The translations under genes were made by a program, and so were the position numbers. Positions 21,338 through 32,000 of a DNA stretch of 32,000 nucleotides are shown here, piece after piece. The notes beneath the pieces are model-generated. The model made no database searches. It was not told the origin of the DNA and saw only the letters and a list, made by a program, of their open reading frames with translations. Numbering within the stretch: the first letter of the stretch is position 1; every line of letters starts with the position of its first letter. Source of the DNA: Wallemia ichthyophaga EXF-994 (lineage: Eukaryota > Fungi > Basidiomycota); the NCBI RefSeq assembly GCF_000400465.1, contig NW_008806287.1, forward strand, positions 300,001 through 332,000, given 5' to 3'.

Positions 21338-23582
21338 CTACAACTCAATCCTATTATACTTGGCATCATGATTGTGCAATTTGCTCTGATTGATCTTTAT
21401 CCTCTTCTCATCCGCCTTAACAAAGACTTCAACCGACCACTCAAACCACACCTTCTTGTTATCAGTAAGACGCCAGAGATGTACATCCACCTCGCTATTC
21501 GTTGGTAGATATACGCCCGTGTTTATTGGAAAATATATTGGGAACCAACTTAACATTTCCTTATCATAACGCTCTGGATGTGTCGATAGCCACACATTCC
21601 CGTACAAATGTGCTTCAAAGTATCCTGCTAATCCATGCAGAACACCAGCATAAGGAATAGTGAATGTCAGATGGGCTGCTCTTGTGTTATGATAGTTTGT
21701 CATCGGATTCCCATTTCGATCCATCACAAACTCATACTTGGATGGGTGCTTATACGACCAACATTGCTGAACTGCCTTACGATTGCTTTCTTTATCCATT
21801 CCGCTGAGTATATTTACAGCCTGGAACATGACCACGTAAGGCATTTCAGCATTCTTAGCATCTCCCATGTGCATCACCTCATTATACAGCTTGGTTGACG
21901 ATAGTGGGGCTATGTATGACGTGTAGTAGGATGGTATTGACACTCCATATGGCTTCAAAAGCCTCATAGCACCATCTAAACATTCGGGAGAGAGTTCATT
22001 ATCACCAAAGCTACCAAGTAGCTCAGAGATGAGTATATCATTCTTCTGCTCGTCTTCCAGTTCTATAATACGCATATCGCCAAAAACCAACTCTACACTC
22101 GCGATTTTGCTCTCATTCCATTCATCCATTCTACCTTGCAATGTTACACAAGCATTTGGGTTTTTCTCTACGGCCATTATGTGTATCCTTCTACCTTCAG
22201 CTGCAGCTTCTACTGCGTTAATTGCTCCTTGCACTAATGGCCCTCGACCAGCACCAACGACTGCTATCCTTGTCAGTGAATTTGGTTCTTTATCGAGCAG
22301 TGCTAGGTATGTTGCTTGTTCGTATTTTTGATACTTGATAGGATCTTTTTCGAATATTTCATATGTCGAGCTATCCAAGTTGTCAAGAAGAGGCTGCAGC
22401 GGTGCTTGTAACCAATCCATATATCCACTTGCAAACTGCTCGACAGAAGTTGCACTGTCGTTTGAAAGCTTCTCCATGTAGCGTAGGTATTGCACATATG
22501 CTTTGCTGCCACCGGACTTGTGAATACCTTCGTAAGTCTCAGTGAGTACAATTGTCGGAAGTGTCTGTTTGTTGGAATGAGTTGAGTTAATAGAAATGAC
22601 AAAGAAAAAAATACCCACTTTGATCTGCTCCTTGATAAACTCCTGACAAGACTTGGAGAGAACAGGATATCCTTTTGCGTTCCCTACAAAGGCATTTGCT
22701 GGTATAATAATCTGCCGAGTTGGTTCACTCGACCATCTCTTGAGTGCACAGGGCGGTGGCAGAGGCTGGCCAAGATCCAACGCCAGGCCAAGCCTAGGCG
22801 AGTAGTCACAGAGTGTACGTATAGCATCCCAGACTTCCCACGTCGATGAAGGATCGCCCTTGAACTCAGATAACGCCGGGGATACGCCGGATTGCTCAAG
22901 TTCAGCAGGATCAGACACAGGTATCATGACAGAAAGCTGCAAATACGACGTGCTATCTAATGCTGCCATAACAGACCGAGCATAGTCTGCGACATGTTTC
23001 CGATTCTTCGGTGCTGGTAATATGAGCGTGTGTATACTAAGATAAGAAGCGTACGCGACTTCCTGCTTCAGAGCCATCTCCGAATCAAACCTGATTCCCT
23101 CATCTGGAGAATCGAGCTCAAGCCAATCTGACGCAAAGGCAATTATCGACTCGCATTCGTCTGTGCGCGTGAGTGATTAGAGTAATGGAATAAGCGTATT
23201 TAACGCACCAAGCTTAGAAACATTTACTTCATTCTTATCGTAAACCCTTGTTAGCCTCCAGACTTCTGCCTCCTTGGCTGTCTGTCGATCTTGTACAACG
23301 TTCTCTGTCGTCAAGGCCAATAAGAGCAGGCAATCAACAAAATCAAAACGCACCAGACTTTCCAGCTATATAGCTCGCCCTAGCTCTGCCCTTATTGACA
23401 TCGTTTTCGTTTGAAACACAGTAGCGCTGCCAACGAGTTTTCCAGGTGGGTTTGGTGAACGGGAGAGTGATTGCGTCGTAATCAAGATCGAATGCATCAT
23501 TCACGTGATCCAAAATTGTCGGATTGCTATCGAGCAAGTCCTGATCGATGTGGTTCGCTATCGGCACACGATTCCCGGTCAT
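21338..23582 (-). CDS. PRMT5: Protein arginine N-methyltransferase 5 (Skb1/Hsl7)
   Basis: DWLELDSPDEGIRFDSE, LQAPLQPLLDNLDSSTYEIFEKDPIKY, VGAGRGPLV, SELLGSFGDNELSPECLDG, SWFPIYFP. Three introns; the start at MTGNRVP is the least certain part. Confidence 0.93.
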
Positions 23583-23661
23583 GGTTACTGTCCAAGGGAA
23601 AAGACAGACGCGTAAATGTGCCAAAGTGTATTCATGCATAAATCACAAGTACTCAAGCATT

Positions 23662-25587
23662 TTACAACTCAAACCCTTCCGTACTCAACTTCTCCTCAAA
23701 TGTCAACACCTCAAACACCAACCTACGCCATATCTTGATAGCAGCCGTCTTTGAGTCTTCAAGCATCACGGGCTCAAGCGTCTCCACAAATTCATCTATA
23801 CCTTGCTTTGATTTGAGCTGATCGCTCACAATTTCCATCATTTCTTCATCAGCTTCTCCGAAATACTCCTGCATCAGTGACTTTGTAATGGGTATGAGTC
23901 TCTTTGAGATAATTGCATCTGTTATAGCATCCCAATTCACATCAAATCTGGATAACGATGTGTAATCTTCTGGGACATCGTTAGCAATTTCTCTCAATCG
24001 CACTCTTCTCGCAGCCTCTCTCTGCTCCGGCGTGAGATCATCTTTGTCTGGAACAATACCGCTGTAGTCGAGTTTGACAAGTTTGCGCTTTTGTATTGTC
24101 TCGCCGTTTTCATCAACCTCCTCATCGTTGAATGCTGTGGTACGTGCTGCTTGCTTGGATGGCTCCGCCGTCTCAGTATATTGGGTGGGCTGAGCGGCTG
24201 CTGACAATCTAATCGGCATACCGTCATCCATCAAAACACCTCTCTTCTTCTGCTCTTTAGTGAAGTTCTCCATATCTCTAGCTTGTTGCTCTAAGAAAAC
24301 TTCAGTGTCTCTCTTAACCTTTTCAGATTCGTTTACTTCCGCCACTTTATCTGCTTCATCTGCGGTCTCTTCTTTCCGTCTAGCTTGTGAGCGTCCATTT
24401 CTCCATTTGCGTCTAAAGCATGTAAGTTAGGTGATGTAAAGAACGGCACACCCACCTGTTCACGTAGAACAGTTCATTCTTTTCAGCTAGTTTATCATCG
24501 TCAACTGCTAGTAGCTTATGTAATGCACTCTCCCTCGCGCTAGTGTCAGAGCTATCATTTGCCCTTTCTCTTGCAAGATCTCGATCATATTCATTTAGTC
24601 TTGCTCTCTCCTTCCCTTCAAACTTGCGTTCACGGTCTCTGAAAGCCAGTTCTCTATCTCTAGACCTCCTGGACAGACGATCTTTTTCTGATTTCTCATC
24701 TTGCTCGGCCATTGACAAGGCTTGCTCTAAGGTCATTGGCAAGTCTTCAGATCTGTCTTGTTGATGGCTAGAAGACGACCTTACGAAGCCGACAGGTTTA
24801 TTGAATGACTGTGGATCATTAACATTGGAGCCACTGATACCGCTTCGACTACCCCACTTTCTCATGTTAGATTTCTGATCGCGTTCTCTTTCTCTCTCAG
24901 CCTGATCTCTCTCCAAACGCTCTTTATCGCGCTGCTCTTTCTCCTGTCTCTGCACCTGCTTAGATTTGACAGCAGGGTTTACCATAGTGCCTGATCTGAA
25001 CATTTCGATCATGTTGAGTGTCTCCTGTCTATGAGCCTCAGGTATCTCCTCTGGAGGTAAATCACGAAGGTGGGCAGGTGTATCGTCTGCTATAGGAACT
25101 GCATTGTTCATATTAGGGCCTCTAGCGTATAGGTTTGGATCTGACATGTGATCCAGTATCTTTGCTATCACTTCCTCTGCTCTGTGCTCCTCCAATTCCT
25201 CATCGTCTGTTTTAAGCAGAGTCTTCTCGTAATCGTCTAGAAATGCTCTCGTTTTCTCGTCTGGCTTCACCAGCAGATTCTTGCGTGGTTGACCGCGTTC
25301 ACCAGCGGGGACTGACACGCCATTAAGCGTTTTGATTGCTCGGAGTACACTATCTGGCTCGGCAAACGTCGCGAATCCAAAAGCCTGTGGTTTGCCTGTT
25401 GGGCCTCTAACACGATTGAGAGTAACGAGATTTCCGGCGGCCTTTGATATTTGATTAGAGGGAATTATAATTGAGGTGGTACTCGATATGGTACACTCAC
25501 ATTCAGTAATCTATCCAGCCACTCATCACTTACGCCTGCACTGATACTACCCACAAATACTGTGAGCTTCTCGCTACCTGGGACCAT
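23662..25587 (-). CDS. RRM + charged region + PWI splicing factor (RBM25/Snu71-like)
   Basis: RRM LTVFVGSISAGVSDEW...PQAFGFATF, an R/E/D-rich middle, and PWI-like C-terminus EYFGEADEEM...LEPVMLEDSKTAAIKIWRRLVFE. Introns 25442-25500 and 24413-24455. Confidence 0.87.
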
Positions 25588-25662
25588 TGTAATGTGCAAA
25601 GAGAGGAAAGTACAAATAATATTAATTAAAAGGTATTTGACAATGAATTACTTTAAATGCAT

Positions 25663-26777
<1,115 letters not shown>

Positions 26778-26810
26778 ATTTTACTTAACACGTCGTCGTT
26801 CTCTTTAAAG

Positions 26811-26835
26811 ACGCGCAGGCGCAGGCAATACGCGT
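26811..26835. promoter_or_regulatory. MCB-like (MBF) elements upstream of PCNA
   Basis: ACGCG at 26811-26815 and ACGCGT at 26830-26835, within 60 nt of the PCNA ATG. MCBs are established G1/S elements of fungal PCNA promoters. Confidence 0.6.
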
Positions 26836-27096
26836 CGTGATCGTAATTTCATCGTAAAAATATTTGTGTGTGTGCCAAATAAATGGACTAAGTGATCGTG
26901 GTTACGAGCGTATGAGCTACCGCCTTGATACATCCCCACATCCTCAAACCATTCATCAAAACAGCTTTGTCTATAAGACTAATATGTTTACAAAGGCATC
27001 ATCTATATCTTCATGTGTAGCAAATAATATCTAAGGAATCCAACCAAAAAACATCAAAAAATTGTCAAAGAGAGAAGACATCCCATCTACCTCCGA

Positions 27097-29041
27097 CTAC
27101 CTCTTATCATCTTCACTGCTATCCGAGTTATTCTCCCTCCTCCCTGCACCTCTATGCCTGAGATTGTTGTTTGCACTCTCCGCCTCCCTGTCACTCAAGC
27201 TTGGTCTCAGCATTTGTTCGTTTCCAGCAACAACAGCAGGATCCAGTGGCTTTGGTTTTTCAAATACCGAAAACTCAGCGCCAGTTATCTTGGAGCGTAT
27301 GTACATGTACAATACCCTAACTCCAAATGCAGCAATTGTCCAGAGAATTGAGCCCACTGGCGCTGCAATAAACGTACCTAAAGCCTCGAAACTGTTGTAC
27401 GATGGATAGAGACCTTCGTTGATAATGAGCAAAGCACCTGCAGATGAAGCATCTCCATTGTAATAAACCAAGCCGAATAAGAATACGGTGAGAATGCCTG
27501 GTGGTGGTGGTGGTGGTGAGCAGAAGCCGAGATTTTGCATAATAACTTACCTCCCAGTCCACCTATTATCACATCAAACCCATTCAGAAAGTATAATCTG
27601 TCCGTAAATCCAAGTAACATTGCCGGCATAATAGCAGCGGACACCAGATCAGCAATGAGATAAAGAATGAGGACATCATTTACTTTGTTGGATGCTACTG
27701 GTCCAATTACAGCTGCATTTCTAAAAAGAACGTCAGATTAATCAGCACTTCTTAGTAAGAACCTACACAATCAAAATCAATCTTGTCCACCAAACGTTAA
27801 TCTTGTTTCTGAATATGTCATTTGAAACTGTTGCAACTAAAGCTGTTTGGAGCGTATCATACGCTGCACATGAGAGAGCAACAGACAAGACCATCATCAA
27901 CCCATTTATCCACGCTGGACAAAACCTGTTGACGAGAAGGAAGAGTACTGTTGAGCTGCTATCTTCGTTTACGTTGTTGGGACCTGGATATACGTTTGAC
28001 CAAGAAGCAATCAAACCAGCTTTAAGTGGTGTTGATTTTGGTGTTAAATGGGTGGTGGGTATTAGAGAAGGTAAATCACTCACAAAATCCAACAAGGAAG
28101 GTCAAGCAAAAGATGAGACAAGCTGCGAGGATACAGCCGATTGTCAAATCTTTCTGAGATTTGGCGGCGTAACAACGCTGCCAGTAGCTGGACAAGAAGT
28201 AGTCTTGGATGTGATGTTAGTAGAGAGTGTGGTGTCTTTGTGATTTTGCACTCACTGTTGAACACAACAGCGACTGGGAGAACTTAAACTTGAATTAACT
28301 TTGATTAGGAGGATAAGCTAACAACCCACTGTACAACAGTTGCCAACCGAGCTGACTATCCTTCAACAGATCTGATCTTTGGTGAATCAAATCGGTGTCA
28401 ATTTCTACATTCACGGCGACTGCAATTGTGCAAACAACAACGAGAATAATGAAGAAAGAAGCCTGAATGGTATCAGTTACGAGGGATACCTTGAAACCAC
28501 CCCAAGCGGTGTACATCATGGTGACCAGCATTTCCACGACGATGGGCATAATCAGCCAAACGTTTTGAGTTTCTGAAGACCATCCAGTGAGTGACTGAAT
28601 GACAGAGTGAATGGAAGTCATTTCAGAGAGCATAAAAACGTATAATGTGATAATAGTGAATGTAGATAAGAAAAGACCAGCTGGAACACCGAATCTAGCC
28701 CTAATGAACTCTGTCAAGATAAAACCCTCCGGACATTTCTTTCGAAGTTGAGAAGCGAGTGGTGGGAAAGTGAGCAGTGGTAGACTGGCAGCCAAAGAGT
28801 ACGTTATCAGTGGCTGTAGACCGTAAGTTGCAATTTCTGGGTAAGTGAGTTGTAGGCCAGCGCCCAAACCTTGAGCAGCAAAGTTGCACATAATAACGCC
28901 GCTATTGGCAGTCTTTGCGGCTGCCAGGAAATCTGTTTTGGTCTTGGTAACGAAGAAGCTGATCACCAAACCGATAATGAGGAAAACACCCAAGGTGACG
29001 TAGATGATAGCCATTGAGGCATCGTCAGAGGGATATGCCAT
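27097..29041 (-). CDS. Sodium:solute symporter family transporter (urea/polyamine Dur3/Dur31-like)
   Basis: Multi-TM protein with CPEGFILTEFIRARFG, YTAWGGFKVSLVTDTIQ and SSYWQRCYAAK; five GT-AG introns including an 18-nt microexon. Substrate not determinable from sequence. Confidence 0.83.
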
Positions 29042-29507
29042 GAGAGGATCTATCTGTTGGTGGTTTCGGAAAAAGGATTAATTCCTCTGGATCGCCACAA
29101 GATGGGAACTAGGAACGGACTTAAGTGGGAGGATATGGGGAATGCGAAGGATATTGAGATATTTGGGAGTTTATAAAAGCTTGTCAATTAAATTTCACTC
29201 TTTTCCAATGTCGTTCCTATCGCAGCGGTAAATAAATGTGCCTGGCCAGGGTGCTATAGGGTGCTTTAGGCGTTAAGGATACAACAATTCGTTTTCTAGG
29301 CCTTAGGAACACTTAACAGCTTTAAATCAATTCAATCGCATTTTCCAAGCCGCAAAAAAACCGAGATAATGGAGCAGCGGAAATGATTAGAAAATACTTT
29401 CGAAATAGCCTCTTAAAGAACATAAAATATCTCAAATGAATTTCCACACGGATTTCACAGCTTTTTAAGCCTCGGATGACTAACCCGATCTTGGTAGCAA
29501 ACCACCA

Positions 29508-30977
<1,470 letters not shown>

Positions 30978-31391
30978 AAGCGATAGATCATACATGACAT
31001 TATTTTTTATTCCACGTATGAAAAAGCCACAATCGATGCTGTCAAGCATTTTGAAACATTAGACATGTCGATAATATTACTTCGGAAAAAGGACCAGCAT
31101 TGGGGTACGGTGTCGAAGTCCGGTCTCTCAGAGACCCATTCTATAGGTTATTTTAGCAAGCATTTAAATATTGTCGATACAATTCGTCTTATTCCTAAAA
31201 TACTTTGAAAAGATGAAGAGTTTTAGTAATCTAGATCATCGCCTATAACTCAAAATACGCTAACCTTGCGCATAAAAGAACATTAGACAACAGTCTTGTA
31301 AAAAGTTCAGCTTTATCTTCCGCCTAAAGCGACCCATTGCATCCGAGATGCCACAAACGGCCCAAAGGGACAAGTAGCAGAACAAATAATT

Positions 31392-31504
31392 CGTCAGCTG
31401 TAGGATTCGAACCTACGCACTACAAGAGTACTTGATAGTATGCTTTGGAAGAACTCCACTTATGAAATTCTAATCAAGCGCCTTAACCACTCGGCCAAAC
31501 TGAC
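31392..31504 (-). tRNA. tRNA-Ser(AGA) with 31-nt intron (31437-31467)
   Basis: Acceptor GTCAGTT/AGCTGAC + G73; D-loop GAGTGGTTAA; anticodon stem CTTGA/TCAAG with loop TT-AGA-A|A; long variable arm; GTAGG-TTCGAAT-CCTAC. Confidence 0.93.
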
Positions 31505-31517
31505 TATGTAAATGTCT

Positions 31518-31802
31518 TGATCTTTGTGAGGTCAAAGTGCACACAAAGAGCAAGGCGCTGAGATTAATAAAAGAATTAAGTCTAAGATGTATCAAAAGAA
31601 AAGGTAGTCGTTTAAATAGTTTAGAATTCTAGGTTTTATTCCCATTGTCTCGTTATCTTCATTGTCCTCGTGCATAATCATGCATTATCTTCATTGTTCG
31701 TTTTATTCTCATTGTTCTCATAGCGACCATGATGTCATGTTACCTGTTCCTGCATCTTGCCCGCTGTATTACCTACGAAGGTAGGGGCACATCCTTATAT
31801 CA
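31518..31802 (-). mobile_element. Putative 3' LTR (285 bp) of a Ty3/gypsy chromovirus
   Basis: Starts TGAT immediately after the polypurine tract and ends ATCA (4-bp terminal inverted repeat). Contains TATTTAAA and AATAAA motifs plus internal ACAATG repeats. The 3' boundary is inferred because the 5' LTR is outside the window. Confidence 0.7.
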
Positions 31803-32000
31803 CTCCCCCCTCCTTGTAACTACGTCCCCGTAGTTGCTAATTTCATGAAGTGCTTCCGCGTCTACCCACGTTGCGTCGCTGATTGGTTGATTTTGCCACT
31901 GAACGAGGTATTGAGTGCCATCTGGTGTGTCCGTGATCGATAATATGTTTTGTACCTGTCCACGTCTGTATAATTGATCGTCGTCCTCTCATTGATACCG
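31800..32000 (-). pseudogene. C-terminal chromodomain of retrotransposon integrase (pol 3' end), interrupted
   Basis: Reads GQVQNILSITDTPDGTQYLVQWQNQPISDATWVDAEAL...VTRRGE* (chromodomain YLVxW...TW signature). An in-frame TGA lies at 31989-31991; truncated by the window edge. Confidence 0.8.
31803..31815 (-). other. Polypurine tract (plus-strand primer site)
   Basis: AAGGAGGGGGGAG directly abutting the TG of the LTR. Confidence 0.8.

Noticed and set aside
23583-23639. Upstream MHEY start for PRMT5
   Set aside because: Only 22 nt from the RBM25 stop; ATG 23582 has better context (accATG). Not fully excluded.
31122-31136. GGTCTC-TCA-GAGACC hairpin (two facing BsaI sites)
   Set aside because: A single 6-bp stem with no vector or recognisable ncRNA context; likely chance.

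Overview
Gene-dense fungal nuclear DNA with short (about 43-60 nt) GT-AG introns and intergenic gaps often under 120 nt. It is probably a compact basidiomycete genome (Wallemia-like; an inference, not confirmed). I read 16 protein genes: class-3 lipase (5'-truncated), ERG5/CYP61, Ras2, ARF1, cytochrome b5-acyl-CoA dehydrogenase fusion, AA9 LPMO, SET methyltransferase, Aro8/AADAT-like aminotransferase, p23/Sba1, ERG13, NPL4, SPX-RING ligase, PRMT5, RBM25/Snu71-like, PCNA, a sodium:solute symporter and LEU2 (17 counting the truncated lipase). There is also an intron-containing tRNA-Ser(AGA) and the 3' end of a chromodomain-type Ty3/gypsy LTR element 13 bp upstream of it. Headline finding: an apparently circularly permuted tRNA-Arg(ACG) gene at 15086-15161. 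Its 3' half lies upstream of its 5' half, the break is at the canonical 37/38 intron site, and the halves are joined by a CCAC linker, with an upstream TATA and a downstream oligo-T terminator. I know such genes from red/green algae, a nucleomorph and an archaeon but not from fungi. Second finding: an Npl4 that lacks both zf-Npl4 zinc fingers and carries a Rad23-type UBA domain at its C-terminus. All exon models were derived by eye.
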